Below are positions 47,329 to 56,983 of a stretch of DNA of 64,000 bases, piece by piece. The notes beneath the pieces were generated by a model that was given only the letters and a program-made list of their open reading frames with translations, ran no database searches and was not told where the DNA came from. Origin of the DNA: Polyangiaceae bacterium (GTDB taxonomy: Bacteria; Myxococcota_A; Polyangia; Polyangiales; Polyangiaceae). The translations under genes were made by a program, and so were the position numbers. The stretch spans positions 378,094 to 442,093 of the forward strand of contig JBILLK010000005.1 in the NCBI GenBank assembly GCA_044376115.1, written 5' to 3'. Every line of letters starts with the position of its first letter. Position 1 is the stretch's first letter.

Positions 47329-48669
47329 ATGATGCAAGCCGGCGACCTCATTTCCGGAAAATACCGTCTGCTGCGACCGCTCGGTCGAGGCGGGATGGGT
47401 TCGGTGTGGGCGGCGCGCAACGAGCTTACCGATCGAGACTTCGCCATCAAGTTCTTGCTCCCCGAGTTGGCCAAGAACCGCGACGCCCTGCACCGCTTCT
47501 TCCTTGAAGCGCGCGCCTGCGGGCAGATCAAACATCCTGCCGTCGTCGCCGTCTACGACATGGGCCAAGCCGAAGATGGCACGCCCTACCTCGTGATGGA
47601 GTTGATGGAGGGAGAAGGGTTCGATCAGCGTTTGGCGCGCTCGGGTGTGCTGCGCCCTGGCGAGGCTTGCGCCTCGATCGCCTACATCGCTCGCGGTCTC
47701 GAGGAGGCGCACATTCGTGGTCTCGTTCATCGCGATCTGAAGCCGGGCAACGTCTTCTTCGCCCTGGATGATCGCGGTGAGGTCGTACCGCGCGTGCTCG
47801 ACTTCGGCGTGTCGAAGGCCACTGCCGCCGCCGATCCGAAGTTCGTGCGCACCAACACCGGCGCGGTGCTCGGCTCGCCCGCGTACATGAGCCCGGAACA
47901 AGCGCGCGGTGATGAGGACATCGACGGTCGCAGCGACGTTTGGTCGCTCGGCGTCATCCTCTATGAGTGCCTCACCGGCCGGCCTCCGTTCGACGGGGTC
48001 AACTACAACCAGCTGATGGTCAGCATCATGCTCGATCGGCACAAGCCGGCGATCGAGCTCAATCCGGCCATTCCGCCGGAGCTTTCGGCCATCATCGATC
48101 ACACGCTCGAGAAGGATCCGGGCAAGCGGGTGCGGACGGCGCGCGAGCTCGCCGAGATGCTTGAAGCAACGGCTGCGCGCATCACCGGGACGCCGTACCC
48201 CGGCATGCCGATGCGTCCGCGCAATCAATCGATCGCCCCGATTGCTCCAAGCCCAACGCCAACCGAAACGTGGGTGGAGGTCAAGAACGAGCGTCGCGAG
48301 AGCAACCTGCTCGTTTGGATCAGCGGGGCGGTATTTGTGGTGGCCGTACTCGGTATCGGCGGCGTAGCGATCGCGCGTTCGGCGCCGCCTGTGGCGGACG
48401 TCGCCGCTCGCTCTACCGCCGTGCTGCGCCAAGCTCAGCAGCGGCTCGCCGATGGCCTGCAGGCCCCGGCTGAGGTTCCAGCTCCCACTCCAACCGCCGA
48501 GTCGACGCGCCCAGGGCCAACCCCAACCGCGATTGAACTCAACTCATCGTCGCTAAGCTCGAGCAGCGTCAAGACCGCTGCTCCGCAGGCTCCCACGGTC
48601 CTGTCGGCACCCGCCGTTCCTTCCGCCAAGAAGAAAAAAGGCGGCGGCGTTACGAAGCCTGGGTTCTGA
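47329..48669 (+). CDS. Membrane Ser/Thr protein kinase
   Basis: GRGGMGSV, AIK, HRDLKPGN, DFG, YMSPE; TM; Pro/Thr-rich tail ending KPGF. Confidence 0.92.
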   Translation: MMQAGDLISGKYRLLRPLGRGGMGSVWAARNELTDRDFAIKFLLPELAKNRDALHRFFLEARACGQIKHPAVVAVYDMGQAEDGTPYLVMELMEGEGFDQRLARSGVLRPGEACASIAYIARGLEEAHIRGLVHRDLKPGNVFFALDDRGEVVPRVLDFGVSKATAAADPKFVRTNTGAVLGSPAYMSPEQARGDEDIDGRSDVWSLGVILYECLTGRPPFDGVNYNQLMVSIMLDRHKPAIELNPAIPPELSAIIDHTLEKDPGKRVRTARELAEMLEATAARITGTPYPGMPMRPRNQSIAPIAPSPTPTETWVEVKNERRESNLLVWISGAVFVVAVLGIGGVAIARSAPPVADVAARSTAVLRQAQQRLADGLQAPAEVPAPTPTAESTRPGPTPTAIELNSSSLSSSSVKTAAPQAPTVLSAPAVPSAKKKKGGGVTKPGF

Positions 48670-48746
48670 GCAGCATTCTGCAGCGCCGTTCCGTGACACG
48701 ACGCAGGTGCGCGACCTACGCAAGCGCGTGGCTAGGCATGGTCCAC

Positions 48747-48790
48747 AAAAACACGAAACTCCCTCACGCTCGAAGCGTGAAGGAGTTGTG
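48747..48790 (-). terminator. Intrinsic terminator of rplU-rpmA
   Basis: Minus strand AACTCCTTCACGCTTCGAGCGTGAGGGAGTT hairpin followed by TCGTGTTTTT. Confidence 0.7.
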
Positions 48791-48838
48791 CTTGCCTCGT
48801 TTGTGGAGCCAACTTTGTGGAGACAACGTCTCAACCCG

Positions 48839-49096
48839 TCAGTTGATCGGGTAGACGGAGACCTTCTTCTTCGTGTTCGTCTTCCATTCGTACTTCACGA
48901 GGCCGTCCACCGTTGCGAACAGCGTGAAGTCGCGACCGGTGCCGACGTTCTTACCAGCGTGGATGCTGGAGCCGACCTGGCGAACGATGATGCTTCCGGC
49001 AGTAACCAACTCGCCGCCGTAAACCTTCGTCCCGCGACGCTGCGAGCTTGAGTCACGACCGTTGCGCGAAGAACCGCCACCTTTTTTATGAGCCAT
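48839..49096 (-). CDS. rpmA: 50S ribosomal protein L27
   Basis: [29 protein letters not shown]. Confidence 0.98.
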   Translation of the reverse strand: MAHKKGGGSSRNGRDSSSQRRGTKVYGGELVTAGSIIVRQVGSSIHAGKNVGTGRDFTLFATVDGLVKYEWKTNTKKKVSVYPIN

Positions 49097-49222
49097 GATG
49101 CACTCCCGATCCGAAAAAAACTGATTCAGTTGCCGTCGCCCAACAATCAGGCGCGGTGCCGCTGCGGCAGGCCAACGGTGTGCGATGAAGCAGAGAGGCT
49201 CGTAGCCAAGCCTCTCTCCAAC

Positions 49223-49531
49223 TCAGCCCTTGATGCCAGTGATCAAGAGCTCGGTGAACGGCTGACGATGGCCGTTCTTGCGACGGTAGTTCTTCCGCCG
49301 ACGGAACTTGAAGACGATGATCTTCGGCCCACGCGCGTGCTGCGTGATTTTTGCCGAGACCGAGGCTCCGCCGACGGTGGGCTTGCCAATCTTAGCGGAC
49401 TCGCCGCCGATCATCAGCACCTCGCCGAACGTGACCGTGTCGCCCTTGTCGCCAAGAAGCTTCTCGACTCGGAGCTTCTGACCTTCCATCACGCGGTACT
49501 GTTTACCGCCCGTCTTGATCACTGCGTACAT
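49223..49531 (-). CDS. rplU: 50S ribosomal protein L21
   Basis: [33 protein letters not shown]. Confidence 0.98.
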   Translation of the reverse strand: MYAVIKTGGKQYRVMEGQKLRVEKLLGDKGDTVTFGEVLMIGGESAKIGKPTVGGASVSAKITQHARGPKIIVFKFRRRKNYRRKNGHRQPFTELLITGIKG

Positions 49532-49564
49532 GTCTTGACCTTCTGAACCCGAAAAAGGGAGGCG

Positions 49565-49592
49565 ACTATACTCGGCCCGCGCCTCTTGGCAA
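49565..49592 (-). promoter_or_regulatory. Putative sigma70 promoter of rplU-rpmA
   Basis: Minus strand TTGCCA-N16-TATAGT followed by a GC-rich CGCC discriminator. Confidence 0.6.
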
Positions 49593-49729
49593 GCGCAAGG
49601 ATCGCTCGAATTAGCAGCCGAGCGACGATCGAGGAGACAAACTCCCGTGAGCCAACTTTCCGTTCAGTGCAATTGGAGGGCTGCACTGAAAGCTCGTTCC
49701 CGTCAATGGGGACGAATTAGCGAGGTGAC

Positions 49730-52324
49730 TCACTTGAAGGTGAAGTCTTCGCCTTGGACGTCGACCTTTACCACATGACCCGGCGCAAATCCTCCGCTGA
49801 GAATGGCTTCCGCGAGCGGATTTTGCAGCTCACGCAGAATTGCGCGCTTCAACGGCCGGGCGCCGAGGTGGGGATCGTAACCGAGGTCGACCAGCCGCAC
49901 TTTGGCGGCCTCGGTGAGTTCGACCTTCAGCTCGCGATCCACGAGCAGCTTCTCCAGGCGACGCAGCTGAATATCGACGATGCCTCGCAGGTCGGTCTTG
50001 CTGAGCGCCTTGAAGACCACGATGTCGTCGATGCGATTCAAGAACTCTGGCCGGAAGAACTGACGAAGTTCCTCCAGCAGGATGTCTTTGATGGCTTCGC
50101 GACCGTCTTCTGTCTCGAACAGCTTGGAGTCGGCCTCGAGGATGCGCTTGCTGCCGATGTTGCTGGTCATGATCACGACCGTGTTGGAGAAGTCGGCGGT
50201 GCGTCCCCGACCGTCGGTCAAGCGGCCATCGTCGAGCACCTGCAGGAGTAGGTTGAAGACGTCTGCGTGCGCCTTCTCGACCTCATCGAACAAAAGCACG
50301 CTGTACGGCTTGCGACGCGCTGCTTCGGTGAGGAAGCCGCCCTGCTCGCTGTCGGCGTAACCAGGCGGCGCGCCGATCAACCGTTGCGCCATATGGCGCT
50401 CCATGAACTCGCTCATGTCGAGTCGGGTCAGCGCCTGCTCATCGTCGAACAAGAACTCAGCGAGCGCCTTCGCTAGTTCGGTCTTACCGACGCCGCTGGG
50501 GCCCAAGAACAAGAAGGATCCGATCGGCTTTCCCGGGTCACGCAAGCCGACGCGGCCGCGACGTACGGCCTTGGCGATCGCGCGTACAGGATCGGCCTGG
50601 CCGACCACGCGCTTGCTCAGCCGGTCTTCCATCTTGAGCAGCTTCTCGGCCTCGCCCTCGAGCATCTTGTTGACTGGGATGCCCGTCCAATCGGCGAGGG
50701 TCGCCGCGATGTCGTTCTCGGTGACGATGTTGCTCGAGAGCTCGACGCCAGCCTTGGTCGCAGCTTCCTCCGCCGTCTTCAAACGGCCACGTAGCTCGGG
50801 CAGCGTGACGTGCTCGAGCTCGCCCAGCTTGGCGAAGTTCTTCTCGGTCTTAGCCGCAGCGAAGGCGCCCTCCGCGTCGTTGACCTCTTTACGAAGCGTT
50901 TGCACCGCCGCCATTACGCCGCGTCGCGACGCGATCTGCTGCTTGAGTTCAGCCACCTTAGGCGCCAGCTCGGCGTATTCGGCCTCCAGGCGTTCACGCG
51001 TTTTGACGCTCTGCTTGTCTTCGTCATCACGCAGCGAAGCGAGCTGCGCGTTCACGGATTCGGCGCGACGGATGATCACGTCAGCACCGGTCGGTACGCC
51101 GTCCACCTCCACGCGCTTGCGCGCCGCCGTCTCATCGAGCAAGTCCACCGCCGTCTCCGGGAGCGCTCGATCCGAGAGGTAGCGTTTGGCGAGGATGACC
51201 GCAGCGGTGACCGCGCTCTCGGCGATGCGCACGCGATGATGGCGCTCGTAACGTTCGGCGACGCCGCGGATGATCTCGAACGCCGCGTCGACGCTCGGCG
51301 CTTCCAACGTCACCACCGAGAAGCGCCGCAACACGCTGGCATCCTTCTCTTGCAGCTTCTTGGCTCCCTCAGGCGTCGTGGTCGCGACGATGCGGATCTC
51401 ACTGCGGGACAAAAGCGGCTTGAGGATCTCCCCAACGCCGCTGCCCGAGACGCCTTGGCCGAATAGCGAATCGATCTCTTCGACGATCAGGATGACTTCG
51501 GTGCCCTCCATCGCGCGGAAGCGATCCACCAAGGTCTTGAGGCGCGCCTCGATCTCCCCGCGCAGCTTGGCGCCAGCGACCAGTGAGCCGACATCGAGCT
51601 CGTACACGCGTGCGCCCGCTAAATTCGACGGGGCGTCTCCCGCGGCGATGCGCTCGGCTAGCGCGCGAATGATCGCCGTCTTGCCGACCCCGGGCTCCCC
51701 GATCAAGAGCGGGTGGTTTTTGAAACGCCGTTCGAGGATCTGCAACAGCCGTCGCACTTCCTGATCGCGACCGATGATCGGGTCGAACTTTTTGGCGCGA
51801 GCTTCGGCCGTCAGATCGCGGACGAACTCCTCCTTTCCGCCGGCTCCGCTTGAACCAGCCTTTTCCGGCGTCTTGTTGGCCTGCTCCGCCAGCACGCTCA
51901 CGTGCGGTCGGAAGGAGCCGGGAGCGATGTTGTGCGCGCTCAAGATCTCGCCAGCCGGGCCTTTGATCTCCTGGCTGAGCGCGTGCATCAGGTGCTCGAT
52001 GCCGACCTTCTCCGCCTTGTCGCGCTGCGACTCCCGCTCGGCGCGCGAGAGCAAGTCTTGCAGGCGCGCACTCACGTAGGCGACGCCGCTCGTGGCTTTG
52101 GGCAGCTTCTTCAAGTAGCCGTCCGCGAGCTCGCGGATCTCCCCCGGATCGGCGCCAGCTCTGCGAAAAAGGTCGTGCACCCCGCGGTCGCGATCGAGCA
52201 GCTTGAGCAGCAGATGCAGAGGCGTGACCTCGGCATGTTTGCTCTCGTCGGCGAGCGTTTGCGCAGCCGTTACTTGGTCGGAGGCATCGTTGGTGAAGTT
52301 ACTGAGCGAGATCTGATTGGCCAT
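49730..52324 (-). CDS. clpB: ClpB-type AAA+ chaperone (divergent paralogue)
   Basis: Clp N domain, DPIIGRD, GEPGVGKT, long coiled-coil M domain, WTGIPV, GPSGVGKT, FDEVEKAH, RPEFLNRID, GARPLKR. NBD1 motifs are atypical (see findings). Confidence 0.85.
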   Translation of the reverse strand: MANQISLSNFTNDASDQVTAAQTLADESKHAEVTPLHLLLKLLDRDRGVHDLFRRAGADPGEIRELADGYLKKLPKATSGVAYVSARLQDLLSRAERESQRDKAEKVGIEHLMHALSQEIKGPAGEILSAHNIAPGSFRPHVSVLAEQANKTPEKAGSSGAGGKEEFVRDLTAEARAKKFDPIIGRDQEVRRLLQILERRFKNHPLLIGEPGVGKTAIIRALAERIAAGDAPSNLAGARVYELDVGSLVAGAKLRGEIEARLKTLVDRFRAMEGTEVILIVEEIDSLFGQGVSGSGVGEILKPLLSRSEIRIVATTTPEGAKKLQEKDASVLRRFSVVTLEAPSVDAAFEIIRGVAERYERHHRVRIAESAVTAAVILAKRYLSDRALPETAVDLLDETAARKRVEVDGVPTGADVIIRRAESVNAQLASLRDDEDKQSVKTRERLEAEYAELAPKVAELKQQIASRRGVMAAVQTLRKEVNDAEGAFAAAKTEKNFAKLGELEHVTLPELRGRLKTAEEAATKAGVELSSNIVTENDIAATLADWTGIPVNKMLEGEAEKLLKMEDRLSKRVVGQADPVRAIAKAVRRGRVGLRDPGKPIGSFLFLGPSGVGKTELAKALAEFLFDDEQALTRLDMSEFMERHMAQRLIGAPPGYADSEQGGFLTEAARRKPYSVLLFDEVEKAHADVFNLLLQVLDDGRLTDGRGRTADFSNTVVIMTSNIGSKRILEADSKLFETEDGREAIKDILLEELRQFFRPEFLNRIDDIVVFKALSKTDLRGIVDIQLRRLEKLLVDRELKVELTEAAKVRLVDLGYDPHLGARPLKRAILRELQNPLAEAILSGGFAPGHVVKVDVQGEDFTFK

Positions 52325-52369
52325 GGGTCTCCGCGTCGGTCGTCAGGCTAGCTTGGGTTGTGGAGCGGG

Positions 52370-53650
52370 TCAGCCGGGCTCTTCTGCTTCGAGCGGTCGG
52401 GAACCCGAGGAGATGGCTGCAGCTCGAAGCTTTTCCAAGGCTTCCGCCGAGGGAAAGCTTGCGGCCAGGAGCCGCGGCGGATCGTGATCGCTGAGCTCGA
52501 TTAGGCTCTGCGGGCAGACCTCGAGCAGCGTCTCACGCCGCAGCATCAGGTGGTGCAGTTGCTCCTCGACCGCCCACGAGAGGAACACGAGATCGGTCAG
52601 CGGGAGCAACGCCGGAGCGCCTTTGGCGAAGGGCGTCACCGTTACGATTCCGAGCTCCGGATGTTCGATCGCCGTTGCATCGGCGATGGCTACGTCTTCC
52701 CCTTGTTGCTCGGCCAAGCTGCGGAGCGCTTTGCTTTGCTCCTCGTACACGCTGGCGACGAACAAAGTACGGATGCGAGCCAGCGCATCGGCGAGCGGGT
52801 GGTCCGCTGCTACCTCGAGCGGCGCCAAGTGCCCCTCCTTATCGACGCAATAAAGCATCGGCGAAACCTTGTGCTCGGCCTCGAGCCAAAGTCGCTCGGC
52901 GGTCTCGATCAGGAAGCTCAACGCTTCATCGGCTGTGCCCGTTACGAGCAACGTGTTGCGGTCGGGAACCGCCGCCACCGCTGCGCCGCCCACGTGCTCC
53001 ATCATCATCGGCAAGAGCCCCGGTAGGCATAAGCGCGAGCTCGCGTAGGCGTCTTCCGCATGCAGCTGGAAGTTGGGAAAAGGGAGCTCGTCATCGAAGG
53101 GTTCGAAGCGGTGGTGAAGCTTGCCCAGGTTCGCCAGCGCGGTTTCGACCAAGGCGTTGGTGGTCTTCTGCAGCCGCGCGCTATCGGCCGGCGAAAGCAA
53201 CCGGAACTGCTCCGGCTCGTCGTGCGCGAGGTAGACATGCACCAGAGGTAAAAACTCGAGGCGCAACAGGCCGACAAGCCCTGTCTCGTGAAAGATCGGC
53301 GGCCCCAGCACCGGGAAGATATTGGGCGAGGCCTGCTCCCAGTCGGGCAATCGGCTCAGGCTCTGCAGCGGCGCCTCGTCGCCTTCCTCCTGTTCGCCGC
53401 GGCGATCCATCTGTTGCAGACCGCTCAACAGGGCCTGGGCCAAGAGTTCGCCGTGTTGTTCACGCGGCACGCTCGAGAGCTCCTGATAGAGCGGCGCGAC
53501 CGAAAGAAAAACCTCCTCGAAGCCTTTGCGACGCACCCCGATGGTCATTTGATCGGCGTCGGGAAGAATGGCCTCCACCCCGTCGATCCCTTCGATCACC
53601 TGGGTCACCAAGGCGAAAAACTGAAGGCGGTCCTCGTTTTCCTCACTCAT
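52370..53650 (-). CDS. Hypothetical acidic protein, DUF1444-like
   Basis: YASSRL and AVPDRNTLLVTG motifs; 45 nt upstream of the ClpB-type gene on the same strand. Confidence 0.55.
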   Translation of the reverse strand: MSEENEDRLQFFALVTQVIEGIDGVEAILPDADQMTIGVRRKGFEEVFLSVAPLYQELSSVPREQHGELLAQALLSGLQQMDRRGEQEEGDEAPLQSLSRLPDWEQASPNIFPVLGPPIFHETGLVGLLRLEFLPLVHVYLAHDEPEQFRLLSPADSARLQKTTNALVETALANLGKLHHRFEPFDDELPFPNFQLHAEDAYASSRLCLPGLLPMMMEHVGGAAVAAVPDRNTLLVTGTADEALSFLIETAERLWLEAEHKVSPMLYCVDKEGHLAPLEVAADHPLADALARIRTLFVASVYEEQSKALRSLAEQQGEDVAIADATAIEHPELGIVTVTPFAKGAPALLPLTDLVFLSWAVEEQLHHLMLRRETLLEVCPQSLIELSDHDPPRLLAASFPSAEALEKLRAAAISSGSRPLEAEEPG

Positions 53651-53718
53651 GGCGCGAAGGCTAGACCATCCCGCTCGTGCGAGGCGCGCATGAAGCTGGT
53701 AAAGTGGTCGGAATTCAC

Positions 53719-54009
53719 ATGGGCGCAGCTGTCGTCATCTACACCACCGGATATTGCCCGTATTGCAGTCGAGCCAAGAGCCTGCTGAGCCAAAAGCAGG
53801 CGGCGTTCAAAGAAGTGGACGTCGAGGATCGTCCGGACATCCGCGCTTGGCTCGTCCAAGCATCCGGCCAGCGCACGGTCCCGCAGGTCTTCGTGAACGG
53901 TAAAGCCCTCGGCGGCTTCACCGATATTGCGGCGCTCGATCGCAAAGGGGAGCTCGACCGCCTGCTCGAGACTCCGCCGAGCGGCAATGACCGCCCGGTG
54001 ATGGTTTGA
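53719..54009 (+). CDS. grxC: Glutaredoxin 3
   Basis: CPYC, RTVPQVF, GGFTD. Confidence 0.92.
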   Translation: MGAAVVIYTTGYCPYCSRAKSLLSQKQAAFKEVDVEDRPDIRAWLVQASGQRTVPQVFVNGKALGGFTDIAALDRKGELDRLLETPPSGNDRPVMV

Positions 54010-54042
54010 TCCTCGCGCTCCACCCTCGCTCGCTCCCGCTCC

Positions 54043-55506
54043 ATGCAGCCCTCTGAGGCAGCAGACGGAGCTGTGGACAGCCGAGTCGGGACCACCGTCG
54101 GCAAGTACACGATCACGCGCCTGATCGGCGTGGGCGGTATGGGCCGCGTGTACGAGGGGAAACACGAGTCCCTGGGCAAACGGTTCGCGCTCAAGTTCAT
54201 CGATCGCGAGAACGTGAGTGAAGAATCGTTTGCGCGCTTCGAGCGTGAAGCGAAGGCGGCCAGCTCGGTGGAGAGCCCACACATCGTAGACGTCGTGGAC
54301 GTAGGAACCACCGCCGACGGCCTGCCGTACATCGTCATGGAGCTGCTCCGCGGTGAAGACCTTGGGCAAATGTTGAGGCGCTCCGGGCAGCTTGAGATCG
54401 AGGCCACGCTGCGCATCGTCGCTCAGGTGCTCCGCGGCCTCGTGCGTGCCCACGCAGTGGGCATCGTTCATCGCGACTTGAAGCCGGACAACGTCTTTCT
54501 CGTGGATCGCGATGACGAAGAGTGGTTCGTCAAAATCCTCGATTTCGGCGTATCGAAGATCCCCAAGGAGCACGCTTCGGTTCGCACGTTGACGCGCGAG
54601 GGCGTGGTGCTCGGTACCCTCGTTTACATGTCGCCGGAACAGGCGCAGGCACTGCCCGACGTCGACGAGCGCTCGGATTTGTGGGCGATAGGCGCGATTC
54701 TCTACGAATGCCTGGCCGGGCGCCCTGCCTTCACCGGGGCCACCTATGAGAGCGTGATCGTCAGCATCTGCACGCAAGATCCGCCCGATTTGGCCGTGTA
54801 CCGCAGTCATGTTCCGGCCGGGCTGGCCAGCATCGTCAAGCGGGCGCTTTCGCGTGATCGCAACGACCGTTTTTCCACCGCCAAAGAGATGCTCGACGCG
54901 TTGGTAGTCGAGTCGGGCGGGGTTTTGCCCGTGTCTCTAAAGAGCGATTCGATGCGTCGGCCCCGCTCGCAATCGGGCTCCTCGTCGTCCAGTTCCAGCC
55001 CGCGTTTGAGCCCTGGCCCCGCCACGCTCGGTGCGTTCTCCACGGTCGCGGTAGGGAAGCCGCCCAGCGAGCTGACGCCTGCCCCGCGTTCACGCGCGCT
55101 GATGGTGGTCGCTGGGGCGGCGCTAGCGCTCGGTGGGTTGCTGCTCGGATTGTGGCTGTCCAAGTCGGGACCACGGCCAGATGTTGAGGTGGTCGCAAGT
55201 TCGCCGGCCGCGCAAGTTGCCACCGTTACCAGTTCCGCGGCTGCACTCCCCGTCCCGCCCTCAACGCCGAGCGGGCCAAAGGTTGAAGCCGTTGGCTCCG
55301 CGGACCCCGCGCCTTCGAGTTCCACCGTCGCCCTCGCAACTGCCGCCCCCTCGGCCCCATCGGCCCCAGCCCCTTTGAAGTCGGCCAAACCGCCCGTTGT
55401 GGTCGCTGCTCGCTCGGGGGCGCCTGCCGCGCCTACAGCCGCTCCCACGGCAACTCCGGTGACCACCGGTGGCTTGGGTGGAGGATTGCAGCTTAAAAAG
55501 CAGTAG
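54043..55506 (+). CDS. Membrane Ser/Thr protein kinase
   Basis: GVGGMGRV, ALK, HRDLKPDN, DFG, YMSPE; TM; Pro/Ala-rich tail. Confidence 0.92.
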   Translation: MQPSEAADGAVDSRVGTTVGKYTITRLIGVGGMGRVYEGKHESLGKRFALKFIDRENVSEESFARFEREAKAASSVESPHIVDVVDVGTTADGLPYIVMELLRGEDLGQMLRRSGQLEIEATLRIVAQVLRGLVRAHAVGIVHRDLKPDNVFLVDRDDEEWFVKILDFGVSKIPKEHASVRTLTREGVVLGTLVYMSPEQAQALPDVDERSDLWAIGAILYECLAGRPAFTGATYESVIVSICTQDPPDLAVYRSHVPAGLASIVKRALSRDRNDRFSTAKEMLDALVVESGGVLPVSLKSDSMRRPRSQSGSSSSSSSPRLSPGPATLGAFSTVAVGKPPSELTPAPRSRALMVVAGAALALGGLLLGLWLSKSGPRPDVEVVASSPAAQVATVTSSAAALPVPPSTPSGPKVEAVGSADPAPSSSTVALATAAPSAPSAPAPLKSAKPPVVVAARSGAPAAPTAAPTATPVTTGGLGGGLQLKKQ

Positions 55507-55515
55507 GCTGCGCGC

Positions 55516-56976
55516 GTGCGTTCGTTCTCTCGTGTCGGCCTGGCCCAAGCGGCTGCCATCGTGGCAGCGGTTGCCGCGCTCGCTCCACCGTCCTTCGCTG
55601 CTGCGCAAGCGAGCGCCACCGCGCCCCCGAGCAAGGAAGCCGAGGCGCAGTACGCGTCGCACATGAACAACGGCGTCAAGCTGTTCGAGTCGGCGGATTT
55701 CAAAGCAGCGCTGGTCGAGTTCGAAGCCGCCTACGCGGAGGTCAATCGGCCTGGCCCGTTGATCAACCAGGCGCTCTGCTACCAGAAGCTCGGGCGCTAC
55801 CCGAAGGCTGTGGAACGGCTCACGCTTGCGCTCGACCAGCACTTCGACGCGATGACCGCCGAAGATCGCGCCGGAGCCCAGTCCGCCGTGCAAGAAATGA
55901 AAGCGCTGTTCGCGTATCTGACGTTCACGGTCAGTCCGAGCGAAGCCAACGTGCTGGTCGACGGCGAGCCGGTGTCGGCCAAGGTCGCGAGCGAGGGTTA
56001 CGCGGTCGGCCCCGGTGAACACGAGATCGTGATTTCGGCGCTACGCCACGTGAGCGTGACCAAGCGTGTGGTGCTCGCGTCGTCGCAGCGTCAAACGGTG
56101 GAGGTCGCGCTCGTTCCGGAGCGCGGCCGCTTGACCGTTGTGGCGCAGAAGCCCACCACCGTGATCCGGATCGACGGCAAGGCGATCGGGAAGGGGGCGC
56201 TCGATATCGAGTTGCCAGCGGGCCAACACAGGCTGGAGCTGGTCGGGGAGACGGGCACCGGGACGATCGAGGTAGCTCCCGGCACGCCGGTGGAGATCGA
56301 TCTCCCGCGAGGCAAAAGCTCTTTGCCGGCCTTGCCGAAGCAGACCAAGCCGAAGGCGCCGCGCAACAAGCGCGGTCTCTACGGCGCGATCAACGGCGCC
56401 GTGTTGTTCCCGACCAAAGACCCCGAGCTATTGCAAGGAGACACCACCGGCGGTGGCTACGTTGGTTTGCGCGGTGGGTATCGCGTGCACAACTTCGCCG
56501 CCTTCGAGGGCATGTTCGAGTACGGCAACGTTCAAGGCCCAGCCGATCCGGAGGCGGGCCAAGAGGCGAACTATTCGCTTTCGTCCTTCCGCGTCGGGCC
56601 GGTGCTCCGCTTGATGAGCCCGGGCGAGCTGATTCACTTCGTCGGTACGGTGGGAGGCGGTTTCGCCGTCCACTTGATGGACTACGAAGATCCGAACCTC
56701 GAGGCCGCGAGCCGAATTTGTAGCGGCGCTCGCACCTCCTGCGGGTCGAACGGGCTCGATATCTTCGTCATGACCGAGCTCGGCGCCGAGATCGATTTTG
56801 ACGGCGTGCTGATCGGTGCGTCGCTAGCGGTGGTGCTCTCCGGCACCAAGGGCATGGAGGATGACCCGACGACCACCACTGATTCGGAGATCCTACGTCG
56901 GGCGCGCGTCCCCTACGACAACGAGATCTTGCCGAGCTTGGGGCCACGCGTGCACTTCGGCTACGCGTTTTGGTAG
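55516..56976 (+). CDS. Exported TPR + PEGA protein with a C-terminal outer-membrane beta-barrel
   Basis: Signal peptide, TPR (FKAALVEFEAAY..LINQALCYQKLGRY), two PEGA-like units (VLVDG, IRIDG..G), amphipathic strands, ends VHFGYAFW. Confidence 0.8.
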   Translation: MRSFSRVGLAQAAAIVAAVAALAPPSFAAAQASATAPPSKEAEAQYASHMNNGVKLFESADFKAALVEFEAAYAEVNRPGPLINQALCYQKLGRYPKAVERLTLALDQHFDAMTAEDRAGAQSAVQEMKALFAYLTFTVSPSEANVLVDGEPVSAKVASEGYAVGPGEHEIVISALRHVSVTKRVVLASSQRQTVEVALVPERGRLTVVAQKPTTVIRIDGKAIGKGALDIELPAGQHRLELVGETGTGTIEVAPGTPVEIDLPRGKSSLPALPKQTKPKAPRNKRGLYGAINGAVLFPTKDPELLQGDTTGGGYVGLRGGYRVHNFAAFEGMFEYGNVQGPADPEAGQEANYSLSSFRVGPVLRLMSPGELIHFVGTVGGGFAVHLMDYEDPNLEAASRICSGARTSCGSNGLDIFVMTELGAEIDFDGVLIGASLAVVLSGTKGMEDDPTTTTDSEILRRARVPYDNEILPSLGPRVHFGYAFW

Positions 56977-56983
56977 ACGCACC

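Noticed and set aside
49663..49690. CIRCE heat-shock operator near clpB
   Set aside because: The sequence does not match TTAGCACTC-N9-GAGTGCTAA and lies downstream of the gene.
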